Assembly: GCA_963668315.1 (NCBI GenBank)
Contig: OY764216.1
Coordinates: 4,224,001-4,288,000, forward strand
Reading direction: 5' to 3'
Origin: Spirochaetia bacterium
GTDB taxonomy: Bacteria; Spirochaetota; Spirochaetia; DSM-2461
DNA: 64,000 bases
The translations under genes were made by a program, and so were the position numbers. Of the stretch, positions 37,938 through 47,208 are shown one piece after another. The notes under the pieces were generated by a model. That model had not been told where the DNA came from and did no database searches. It worked only from the letters and a program-made list of their open reading frames with translations. Numbering within the stretch: position 1 is the stretch's first letter; every line of letters starts with the position of its first letter.

Positions 37938-40900
37938 ATGAAAGATCGAAATTACTATGAAAGTTTGGAAGGCGCCATCGCCGTAATCGGAATGTCTGGA
38001 GCTTTCTCCAAATCGAAAGACATTAATGAATACTGGCAAAACATCCTTGCAGGCAGAGAATGTATTGATGATCTGACCGCTGAAGAGTTACAGGCCGCCG
38101 GAATACCCCAGGAACTTTCCGATAATCCCCTTTATGTGCGTCGGACCGCCGGCCTGGAATCGGCCAAGGAGTTTGACCCTGCCTTTTTTGGATATACCCC
38201 TGCGGAAGCCCGGCTTATGGATCCCCAGCACCGGCTTTTCCTGGAACACTCCTGGAAGTGTCTGGAAGACGGAAATATTATACCCGATCATTACGACGGT
38301 CTTATTGGTGTTTTCGGCGGATGCAGCCAGAATAATTATCTCTTAAAAAACCTCATTTATAGCGATCAGGCGGATAAAGCCGGTGCCTTTCAGATAATGA
38401 TCGGTAACGACAAGGATTATCTGACGACCAAAGTTTCCTACAAACTGAACCTCAAGGGCCCCAGCATTACCATGCAGACTGCCTGTTCCACATCCCTTAC
38501 GGCCATTCAGCAGGGATGCCTCTCTCTGCTCAATTACCAAAGTGATATGGCTCTGTGCGGGGGCGCTTCCGTCAATGTACCCTACAGGGGAGGCTACCTT
38601 TATCAGGACGGGATGATTTTTTCTCCCGATGGACATTGCCGCGCCTTTGACAAGGATGCAAACGGAACGGTTTTCGGTGACGGTGTAGGAGTTGTCCTTC
38701 TTAAGAGATTTGAAGATGCCCTAGAGGACGGAGATCTAATTCATGCCATAATCCGCGGGTCGGCGATTAATAACGACGGATCGGAAAAGGTCGGATATAC
38801 GGCTCCCGGTGTTAAGGCCCAAGCCGAAGTCGTCGCCACCGCCCTGGCAGTGGCTGATGTATCGGCAGATACAATCGGTTATGTTGAAACCCACGGCACA
38901 GGAACGCTTATGGGTGACCCCATCGAACTGGCGGCCCTGACAGAAGCCTTTCGTATGTCTACCGAGGAAAAAAACTACTGCCACATTGGATCGGCAAAAC
39001 CCAATATAGGCCATCTTGATGCGGCGGCAGGCGTCGCCAGTTTCATCAAAGCCGTCATGGTTCTCAAAACAGGGACTATACCGCCCTTGACAAACTTCAC
39101 ATCCCCCAATCCGGCATTAAACATAGAAGAGACTCCTTTTACCATAACTTCCACCCCCGTAAAATGGGATACGGAAGTGATACCCCGCCGAGCCGGAGTA
39201 AGCGCTTTAGGAGTAGGAGGAACGAATGTTCATCTGGTACTGGAGGAATATACTCCTTCGAAAGAACCTTCACCGGAACCGGGTGATAAGCCCAATCTTC
39301 TCGTTTTCTCCGCTAAATCAGAGGAATCCCTGACTAGACAGAAGGAACTTTTCTCTACGTTCCTGAAAAAAAAGGATATCTCCCTGCCTTCCCTGGCCTA
39401 TACGCTCCAGAAAAAACGGGTACCCTTCCCCTATCGGGACTTTCTGGTCACAGACGGAAAGGGTGAATATGACGAAAGTACATTCATAAATAAAAAGTCC
39501 CTTCCCTGCAACGGTTCGCCCGAAATTGCGTTTATATTCACCGGTCAGGGAAGTCAATATCCTAATATGGGAAAAAGTCTTTATGAATCGGTACCCTTCA
39601 TTAAAAAAATCATGGATCATGGTTTTTCTATTCTGGAACGAACCCATAATCTACCCCTCAAAGAAATTATCTACCCTGAAGGCTCCGCTTCCCTTAAGGA
39701 AAGCGAAATGAAACTTATGCAGACGACCTATACACAGCCAGCTTTGTTTCTTTTGGAATACGCCCTGGCCAGATATCTGATAATACTCGGTTTACAGCCG
39801 GCCTATCTTCTCGGCCATAGCCTGGGAGAGTACACCGCCGCCTGCCTGAGCGGGATTTTCACATTCGAAGATGCCCTGTCTCTCGTTGCGGAGCGGGGAC
39901 GGATCATGCAGACGGCACCAAAGGGTTCCATGATAAGCATCCCCCTTTCCCGTAACGCGATTGAATCCATGATTACCGGTGATCAGCTTCAGGTATCTGT
40001 CATTAACGCCCCGGATCGCTGTGTTGTATCCGGATCGGACGAGGCGGTGGACCTGTTTCAAAAAGAACTGACGGAAAAGGATATCCGCCACTCCCGTTTA
40101 AAGACCAGCCATGCTTATCACTCTTTTCTCATGGATAGCATACTGGATGAGTTCGCCTCAAGCTTTTCGTCCGTGACCTTTCATAAACCGGAGATTCCGA
40201 TTATCACCAACCAGTCCACAGAATCTTTCGGGTCGGAAAATATGGAAAGTGCTGAATACTGGGTAGATCAGCTCCGTCAACCGGTTGATTTTGATAAGGG
40301 GATTTCTCTTCTTCTCAAGAATAAAAACGTTACCCTGGTAGAAGTCGGACCCGGAAATACACTGATAACCCTAGCAAAGCTCAATCCTGATATGAAGGGA
40401 GATAATCTCTGCCTCCCTACGGTAAGAAACCCTAAACAGCAAACTCCGGACCATACCTTTTTCCTCACGGCTCTTGGAAAACTCTGGCAGAAAGGCCATT
40501 CTCTGCATTGGGATGAATTCTACGGTGAAAGGAAGCCCGAATATATCCGTATCCCCACCTATGAATTCGATAACAGAAGCTACTGGATAGAAGGGATAAA
40601 AAGCAAGAAATCCCCCCTTCCAATTGAGGAGACCGAGGAAAATTATATCGAAAAAAGGGAAGAACTGACGGTAAAAGAGAAGGTTCTTCATGTCTGGAGT
40701 GAAATCTTCGGCAACGATGATATCGGCGAAACGGATAATTTTTATGATATGGGAGGGCACTCCGTCCTGGCGACGCAGCTGCTTTCCAGAATAAACGAAA
40801 CCTTTAATCTGGAAATCGGCATGGGAGCCCTGCTCATGGAGCCGACACCGGCTAATTCCCTTGCTCTAGTGGAAGAACAGTTGCCCCGAAAAAAGCCCAC

Positions 40901-41771
40901 AGAAGTCCAATCTCCTTCTTCTCCGAAAGAGAAAGTCCTGCCCATGATGTTTCCCGTACAGAAGGGAGATCCTGAGAAAAAACCTCTTTTCATGGTGGCT
41001 GGTATGTACTTTAACCGGTATGATCATGAATCAGAGGAAGAGGGGCAGAGGAAATACGAAGAGGATTACTTCCGCTACTTCAGCACCCTGGTCAAAAACA
41101 TCGGAACGAGCCAACCAATATATGGTTTTCGACCAAAGGGGATTTTCCTTAATGAAAAACCCCATAAAAATGTTAAAGCAATGGCGGAGTCTTATATTAC
41201 AGAAATGAAAAAGATTCAGCCCGAAGGGCCTTATCTGATAGGAGGGGAATGTATCGGAGGTATTATTACTTACGAAATGGCTATGCAATTACAAGGACAG
41301 GGAGAGGAGGTCAAACACCTTATACTGATAGATACGTTCTATCCCAGGGCTAAAGCCATGTTTCGGGATGCTATTCGAGTAACATTATGGAGGTTTAAAG
41401 ACGAATTTATTACACCTCTGAAAAACAAGGAAAAATCCTTCATTAACCGTCTGTTAACCGTAATTAATCACTTGCAATTGTTTTTATTTCCCATAGGAAA
41501 AAAACAGAAAAATTTAAAACAGGTACAATACAGTAATGTGGCTTATATGTATCGGTTAATGAGTTATTCTCTTAAATTGTACGATAAAAAAAATATAACC
41601 CTTCTCGTGAATCAAGAGTGGAGCGATGACATCAGCCCCACCCTCAATTGGAAGAAAAAGCATATATTAAACGTAAATCTAATAACCGTTCCCGGAACTC
41701 ATGTTTCCTGTTTAACGGATTACGGACATATAACGGGCAAACACATAAGAGATATAATTGATAATGATTAA
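37938..41771 (+). CDS. Single-module type I PKS: KS-AT-ACP-TE (TE nucleophile Cys)
   Basis: KS DPQHRLFLE, TACSTSL, HGTGT, KPNIGH; AT GHSLGE and HAYH (malonyl-type); ACP MGGHSVLA; TE GGECIGG and VPGTH; no reductive domains. Confidence 0.92.
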   Translation: MKDRNYYESLEGAIAVIGMSGAFSKSKDINEYWQNILAGRECIDDLTAEELQAAGIPQELSDNPLYVRRTAGLESAKEFDPAFFGYTPAEARLMDPQHRLFLEHSWKCLEDGNIIPDHYDGLIGVFGGCSQNNYLLKNLIYSDQADKAGAFQIMIGNDKDYLTTKVSYKLNLKGPSITMQTACSTSLTAIQQGCLSLLNYQSDMALCGGASVNVPYRGGYLYQDGMIFSPDGHCRAFDKDANGTVFGDGVGVVLLKRFEDALEDGDLIHAIIRGSAINNDGSEKVGYTAPGVKAQAEVVATALAVADVSADTIGYVETHGTGTLMGDPIELAALTEAFRMSTEEKNYCHIGSAKPNIGHLDAAAGVASFIKAVMVLKTGTIPPLTNFTSPNPALNIEETPFTITSTPVKWDTEVIPRRAGVSALGVGGTNVHLVLEEYTPSKEPSPEPGDKPNLLVFSAKSEESLTRQKELFSTFLKKKDISLPSLAYTLQKKRVPFPYRDFLVTDGKGEYDESTFINKKSLPCNGSPEIAFIFTGQGSQYPNMGKSLYESVPFIKKIMDHGFSILERTHNLPLKEIIYPEGSASLKESEMKLMQTTYTQPALFLLEYALARYLIILGLQPAYLLGHSLGEYTAACLSGIFTFEDALSLVAERGRIMQTAPKGSMISIPLSRNAIESMITGDQLQVSVINAPDRCVVSGSDEAVDLFQKELTEKDIRHSRLKTSHAYHSFLMDSILDEFASSFSSVTFHKPEIPIITNQSTESFGSENMESAEYWVDQLRQPVDFDKGISLLLKNKNVTLVEVGPGNTLITLAKLNPDMKGDNLCLPTVRNPKQQTPDHTFFLTALGKLWQKGHSLHWDEFYGERKPEYIRIPTYEFDNRSYWIEGIKSKKSPLPIEETEENYIEKREELTVKEKVLHVWSEIFGNDDIGETDNFYDMGGHSVLATQLLSRINETFNLEIGMGALLMEPTPANSLALVEEQLPRKKPTEVQSPSSPKEKVLPMMFPVQKGDPEKKPLFMVAGMYFNRYDHESEEEGQRKYEEDYFRYFSTLVKNIGTSQPIYGFRPKGIFLNEKPHKNVKAMAESYITEMKKIQPEGPYLIGGECIGGIITYEMAMQLQGQGEEVKHLILIDTFYPRAKAMFRDAIRVTLWRFKDEFITPLKNKEKSFINRLLTVINHLQLFLFPIGKKQKNLKQVQYSNVAYMYRLMSYSLKLYDKKNITLLVNQEWSDDISPTLNWKKKHILNVNLITVPGTHVSCLTDYGHITGKHIRDIIDND

Positions 41772-42014
41772 TCAGCCAGCCAGGCGTCCTTCGATATAGC
41801 GAACCATCTTGTCCACGGAACCGAAGTTGTCACGGACCATATCTTCCGTTTCCACTTCGAATCCGTGGGTATTTTTCATATATGCCGATATCTCTACCAG
41901 ACCGAAAGAATCAATAATCCCCTCATCGATGAGCGATTTATCGTGGGGGATCTCTTCTAATTCCACCATAAAATTGTCCGCGATAAATTCGAGTAAACCT
42001 TTTTTAATTTCCAT
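41772..42014 (-). CDS. Discrete acyl/aminoacyl carrier protein
   Basis: SLIDEGIIDSFGLVEI phosphopantetheine motif; 80 aa, acidic. Confidence 0.88.
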   Translation of the reverse strand: MEIKKGLLEFIADNFMVELEEIPHDKSLIDEGIIDSFGLVEISAYMKNTHGFEVETEDMVRDNFGSVDKMVRYIEGRLAG

Positions 42015-42054
42015 AACTGTTCAAGCTCCTTAAATGTATGAAAGATATTTTATC

Positions 42055-44028
42055 TTAATTCTCATGAATTTCCACCCGTTTAAGTGATTCATCCAGACTT
42101 TCATGTCGGGGATTATCCATGGCCCGGCTGATCATCTGAGTGGAAAGAATGAAAGTAATGAGCATATTGTCCCTATAGCCTATCTGCTTTGGCATGCGGC
42201 GGGAAAACTTATTTATCAGCCGATTCACATATTTCTTATCGAATACTCCGGCCATATCCACCGCTTCCTCCGAAAGAAAGGGAGCCGCTTCGTCGGTCAG
42301 ACGTCCGTCGGAGAAGAAAGATTTCAGATCCGGCGCCTGATAAGGCTGCTTGGGCCTGTCTATAATGGAAGGGGGCACCACATCCCGGAAAGCATCGCGA
42401 AGGATGTGCTTCTGAGAAAATCCCTTAAGTTTGTAGTCGTCAGGATAGGCGAAGGCCTTTTCCACCAGACGGTGATCAAGGAAGGGATAGCGTCCCTCAA
42501 CACTGTGTCCCATGGACATCCGGTCCCCCTGGGAAGAGAGAAGGTAGCCGGGCAACAGGGTTTTCATCTCTAGATACTGCTCCTTCTGCATAAGGGACCA
42601 TTTCCCATAATCCGCAGGGAGGGTCTCTTTCAGGTTGGCCAGCAGTTCCTCCTTCTCATAGGTGACGGCATAATCCTTGTTCAGGTAGTTCCCCAGAATC
42701 CGGTTGTTATTCATGCGGATATTCAGGCCCATCAGATCGTTGTCGAAATCATCAAGGAAATCCTCGTAGTACATCTTCATGAAACCCATCTGGGTCTTGT
42801 CCTTGTAGTGGGAGAGGTGGGGATAAAGCTGGCCCAGCAGCTTTTCCACAGGGGCGTTATCCCTGTTGTCCCTCCACATCTGCAGCATCCGTACTTCCTT
42901 GAAAACATCGTAGCCGCAGAGAATCTCGTCGGCCGCTTCACCGGTCAAAACGACCTTGATGTTCTCTTCCCTCACCTTTCGGCTCAACAGGTAGAGAGGT
43001 ACTGGAGCGGTACGGAAGACGGGCCGTTCAAAGTGATAAGCCGCTTCGCCCAGGTAACTATTGATCATAGTGTAATCAATCTTCAAATCGATATGCTCGG
43101 AATTCAGCCGTTCCACCATCTCCTGCTGATAGACCGACTCATCATAGCCTTTGTCCGTAAAGGAGACAGCAAATGTCTTGAACCGGTCCTTATTGTGGAT
43201 TTTCGTCAGATGGGCAATAACCGAGGAGTCGATTCCCCCGGAAAGATAATTCCCTACGGGCACGTCACTTCTAAGCCGCAGGCGCACGGCGTCGCTTAGA
43301 AGCTCCACCATCTCCTCCCGGGCCTGTTCGTAATCCGGCGTCGGCAAGTCGTAATTCTCTCCCAGCTGATAATAGGTAAACCGGCGGGGCTCTTCCCCGA
43401 TGCGGTATTCAGCATAATCTCCGGCGGGCAGGGAAATAATATCGTTGTAGACGGTCCGGTCTCCCAGAGTGTTCCAGAGAAGACCATGCTCGTAGAGATT
43501 CTTCATGTGAAAGGAACGGTGGTATCCGGGAATCTGATCAAAGCACTTGAGTTCAGAGGCGAAATAGAAAACCCCCATATGGTCCAGCACATAGAGAGGA
43601 CGGATACCGTAGCGGTCCCGGGCCACAGTCAGAACCTTCTCCTTTTTATCCCAAAGGAGGATGGCGAACTGTCCGTTAAAGGAGGAAAAGGCGGCGGGAC
43701 CGTCCAGTTCAAAGGCCTTGAGAACTATCTCCGTGTCGCAGGTCGTCTTGAATTGAACACCCCGCTTCTCCATCTCCGCCCTAAGCTCAATGAAGTTAAA
43801 AACCTCCCCGTTAAAGGAGATGACGTATCTTCCCGTCGACATAGGCTGATGCCCCCCGGAGAGATCCTGAATGGAAAGCCGGGCATGGCCCAGGGCGACA
43901 TGGGAATCGGTGTAGAGCCCCCATCCGTCGGGTCCCCGGTGGCCTAGAACGGAAATCATCTTCTTCAAGGTGTCCTTCTGTTCTTCTCGCTCTCTATAAT
44001 ATCCTAAAAATCCGGTTATTCCGCACAT
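42055..44028 (-). CDS. asnB: Glutamine-dependent amidotransferase, AsnB family
   Basis: MCGI N-terminal Cys, HRGPD, HARLSI, NGEVFN, LSGGIDSS, LTGEAADE, EGRYPFLD. Confidence 0.9.
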   Translation of the reverse strand: MCGITGFLGYYREREEQKDTLKKMISVLGHRGPDGWGLYTDSHVALGHARLSIQDLSGGHQPMSTGRYVISFNGEVFNFIELRAEMEKRGVQFKTTCDTEIVLKAFELDGPAAFSSFNGQFAILLWDKKEKVLTVARDRYGIRPLYVLDHMGVFYFASELKCFDQIPGYHRSFHMKNLYEHGLLWNTLGDRTVYNDIISLPAGDYAEYRIGEEPRRFTYYQLGENYDLPTPDYEQAREEMVELLSDAVRLRLRSDVPVGNYLSGGIDSSVIAHLTKIHNKDRFKTFAVSFTDKGYDESVYQQEMVERLNSEHIDLKIDYTMINSYLGEAAYHFERPVFRTAPVPLYLLSRKVREENIKVVLTGEAADEILCGYDVFKEVRMLQMWRDNRDNAPVEKLLGQLYPHLSHYKDKTQMGFMKMYYEDFLDDFDNDLMGLNIRMNNNRILGNYLNKDYAVTYEKEELLANLKETLPADYGKWSLMQKEQYLEMKTLLPGYLLSSQGDRMSMGHSVEGRYPFLDHRLVEKAFAYPDDYKLKGFSQKHILRDAFRDVVPPSIIDRPKQPYQAPDLKSFFSDGRLTDEAAPFLSEEAVDMAGVFDKKYVNRLINKFSRRMPKQIGYRDNMLITFILSTQMISRAMDNPRHESLDESLKRVEIHEN

Positions 44029-44029
44029 A

Positions 44030-47000
44030 CTATCGTTTCCTTACATTCTTCAGACGCTGAGCCGCATGACGGCTCCGTTCTGCCCGATCCAACAATTTAC
44101 CTATCCCCTCATCGGAAGAATTCATTTCCTGTCCCAGGTATCCCGCCAGACCTTTGACGGTGGTATGGATGAAAAGATCCGTCACGGGAATAGCACGGCC
44201 GAACCGCTCAGAGAGTTCCCGCTGAAGTTGAATAATGTGGAGAGAGGAACCTCCCAATTCAAAAAAGTTTTCCTCCCTGCCCACCTTCTCCAGCCCCAGC
44301 AGCTTCTTCCAGAGATCGGCGATAAACCCCTCCCCTTCCCCTTCGGGCAGAGTAAAGGGCTTATCCGACGGGGTATGGCAGATTCCCGGCTCGGGCAGGT
44401 TCTTCCTGTCCAGCTTCCCATTGGCGTTAAGGCTGATTTGCTCAACGAAGATAATCCGCTTGGGAACCATATGAAGAGGAAGACGCCGGCTCAGAAAAGA
44501 GATCAGCTCTTCCACGCTCAGCTCTTCACGTTTGACTATATAGGCAACAAGGGACTGATCGGCCCCAAACTCTCCGTGAACAATCACGACGGCCGTTTCC
44601 ACGGCGGGGTGGTCGTTAATCCCATTTTCGATTTCACCCAGCTCAATACGAAGCCCATGGAGCTGCACCTGGCTGTCGTTCCGGCCCAGATAGAGAATCT
44701 CCCCCTTGAGATTCCACTGCCCCAGATCTCCCGTCTTATACATCCGCCCCCCATCGAAAGGGTTGGGAACAAAGCGTTCCGCCGTCAGCTCCGGCTTGTT
44801 CAGATAACCCCGGGCCAGCTGAACACCGGCCAGATAAATCTCTCCGGTAACGCCGGGTGGCAGAGGATTCAATGCCTCATCCAAAATATGGATTTTCGTA
44901 TTGGCGACAGGCCTTCCTATGGGTACAACCCGGCAATCAGGCTTACAAGGCCAGTAGGTTACATCGATGGATGCCTCGGTAGGCCCGTAAAGATTATGGA
45001 GCCGGACATGGGGCAGCGTTTCATAGAACTCCCGCACCACCGCGGCGGGCAGAGCTTCTCCACTACACATCACATCACGCAGAGAGGGACAGTCCCCGGG
45101 ACGACAGCTCTTTAGGAACTCCCGTAGCATGGAGGGTACGAAATGGATAAGGGAAATATTCTCTCTCCCTATCGTTTCGATAAGATAGCCATTGTCCTTG
45201 TGACCCTCCGGTTCGGCGATGACCAGGGGCACTCCTTTCATCAAAGGCCACCAGAATTCCCAGCCGGAGACATCAAAATTATAGGGCGTCTTCTGGAAAA
45301 GCACATCCTTCCCGGTCAGCTCATACTCCTCATCCATCCACAAGATACGGTTAATCAAACCTCTATGGGTGATTTCCACTCCCTTGGGGCGACCGGTTGA
45401 ACCGGAGGTATAAAGGATGTAAACCCGGGAATCGGGATCTATAGCCGGGAAAAGCCCCTCTTCCTTACCGGCTGAAAAATCAAAGGTATCCAGGGCGGTA
45501 AAACCTTCCAGCCCGGAAAAGAGCGGGCGGTATTTCTCGTTGGAGAGGATCAGAGATAGCTGTGAATCCCCGCGAATATAAGCGATGTAATCGGCGGGAA
45601 GAGTCGGCTCGATAGGCAGATAGGTTCCCCCGGCCAGAACGATGGCGTACATACCTATGACCATCTCGAAAGAGCGTTCCAGGGAGAGGCCGACAATCGT
45701 CTCCGGACCGACGCCCTTCTCCTTAAGGTAAGCCGCTACAATCCTTACACGCCGGGCCAGTTCGCCGTAAGTCATGGTTTCGTCGCGGAAAATCAGCGCC
45801 CTTTCTTCGGGCCGAATCCGAACCTGTTCCAGAAAGGCGTCAATGACGCCGCCGGTAATCGGATAGTCCCGTTCCGTCCCATTCCAGGCAGCAATCATGT
45901 CCCGGCTCCGATCATCCATCACGCCCATGGAACCTACAGCGAGACTGTCCCTGTCCAGCCCCTGTTCCAGAAGAATCAGGAAGGAGGAAAAAAATCCCTC
46001 CACCCTCTCCCGGGTAAAAAGATCGGAACAGTACTCCACGGCCCAGCGGAAACGGTCGTTTTCCTGCCAGAAGTAAAAAAACAGATCCAGCTGGGCCGCA
46101 TCGGGAGCCGCATCCAGGGATTTAACATCCAATCCATCCAACTTCAATCCCATGGGGTGTTCGAAGGTGAATCCCACTTGGAAGAGAGGATTGTACTTGC
46201 CATCCCGCTTTCCCCTATTCAGCTTAACCACTTCCAGATAGGGAACGTTCTGGTTACGGTGCATGCCCAGCATCTTAACCCTGATCTGACGTAAAAGTTT
46301 CCTGAAGGTCATCCCCTCCCCGATGTTCAGGCAGAGGGGCAGGATATTCACAAAACAGCCGATGGTATCCTCAAAACCTTCCGGCCGGTTTGTCCGAGGA
46401 ATACCGATGGAGAAACGATTCTGACCGGAGAACCGGTTCAGAAAAACCGCGTAAGCAGAGAGAAGCACGAGAAATGGGTCGGAGCCCTGATTCCGGCAAT
46501 AGGCATCAAGTTTATCCTTAAGAGGACCGGGAAGCGACCCAAAAATCCGATGGCCCCGGGATGAGGGTATGGGCTGCCTATCTTTATCGGCAGGAAGGTT
46601 CAGTAAAGAACTTTCCAGGTGTTCATTCTCCCAGTAGGCAAGCATCTCTCGGTATTTGTCCGAATTGGCGAATTGTTCATACCAAACACCGTAATCGTCA
46701 TAGGAGCGGACCGGCTTCAGATCGGGTTCCCGGGATTTGGATAGTGAGTTATAGATTTCACTAAACTCGCGGGAAAAAATCTCCTTGGAACGAAGATCGA
46801 AAAGAATGTGATGAAAGAGGAATAGGAGATAGATTTGGGAGTCCTTTCTCCAGAGATGAGCTCGAAATAGGGGTTCCTCGTTCAGAACGAAGGGTGTATT
46901 AATGACCGAGGCACAATCCTCCGTTGAATAGAAACTATCATGATAGACAGGTTCTACCTTACCACCCCAATCATACCGCTCAGACATGATATCAAGGACC

Positions 47001-47146
47001 CGCTTAAATTGAATGCGATCAAGGGGACCGATGATTTCAAAGAGCGAGGCGAGGTTGTAAGCCCTGTTATCCGGATTCAGACGGGATACGAGCCGAAACT
47101 GTTCTTGTATGAGTGAGATTTTTGACTCTCCTTTCCCTTTTTCCAA
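44030..47146 (-). CDS. NRPS module C-A(Ser predicted)-T
   Basis: C-domain HHILFD; A-domain YTSGSTGRPKG, NLYGPTE, YKTGDL; pocket residues read by eye DVWHMSLIDK (Ser-type); T FFELGGSSL; basic helical C-terminal tail; TTG start. Confidence 0.88.
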   Translation of the reverse strand: MEKGKGESKISLIQEQFRLVSRLNPDNRAYNLASLFEIIGPLDRIQFKRVLDIMSERYDWGGKVEPVYHDSFYSTEDCASVINTPFVLNEEPLFRAHLWRKDSQIYLLFLFHHILFDLRSKEIFSREFSEIYNSLSKSREPDLKPVRSYDDYGVWYEQFANSDKYREMLAYWENEHLESSLLNLPADKDRQPIPSSRGHRIFGSLPGPLKDKLDAYCRNQGSDPFLVLLSAYAVFLNRFSGQNRFSIGIPRTNRPEGFEDTIGCFVNILPLCLNIGEGMTFRKLLRQIRVKMLGMHRNQNVPYLEVVKLNRGKRDGKYNPLFQVGFTFEHPMGLKLDGLDVKSLDAAPDAAQLDLFFYFWQENDRFRWAVEYCSDLFTRERVEGFFSSFLILLEQGLDRDSLAVGSMGVMDDRSRDMIAAWNGTERDYPITGGVIDAFLEQVRIRPEERALIFRDETMTYGELARRVRIVAAYLKEKGVGPETIVGLSLERSFEMVIGMYAIVLAGGTYLPIEPTLPADYIAYIRGDSQLSLILSNEKYRPLFSGLEGFTALDTFDFSAGKEEGLFPAIDPDSRVYILYTSGSTGRPKGVEITHRGLINRILWMDEEYELTGKDVLFQKTPYNFDVSGWEFWWPLMKGVPLVIAEPEGHKDNGYLIETIGRENISLIHFVPSMLREFLKSCRPGDCPSLRDVMCSGEALPAAVVREFYETLPHVRLHNLYGPTEASIDVTYWPCKPDCRVVPIGRPVANTKIHILDEALNPLPPGVTGEIYLAGVQLARGYLNKPELTAERFVPNPFDGGRMYKTGDLGQWNLKGEILYLGRNDSQVQLHGLRIELGEIENGINDHPAVETAVVIVHGEFGADQSLVAYIVKREELSVEELISFLSRRLPLHMVPKRIIFVEQISLNANGKLDRKNLPEPGICHTPSDKPFTLPEGEGEGFIADLWKKLLGLEKVGREENFFELGGSSLHIIQLQRELSERFGRAIPVTDLFIHTTVKGLAGYLGQEMNSSDEGIGKLLDRAERSRHAAQRLKNVRKR

Positions 47147-47208
47147 TTTATCCCTTCTTCCCTTTATTCCATATCAATATCACGATGTCCCAGATGTCAG
47201 AGCATTGA

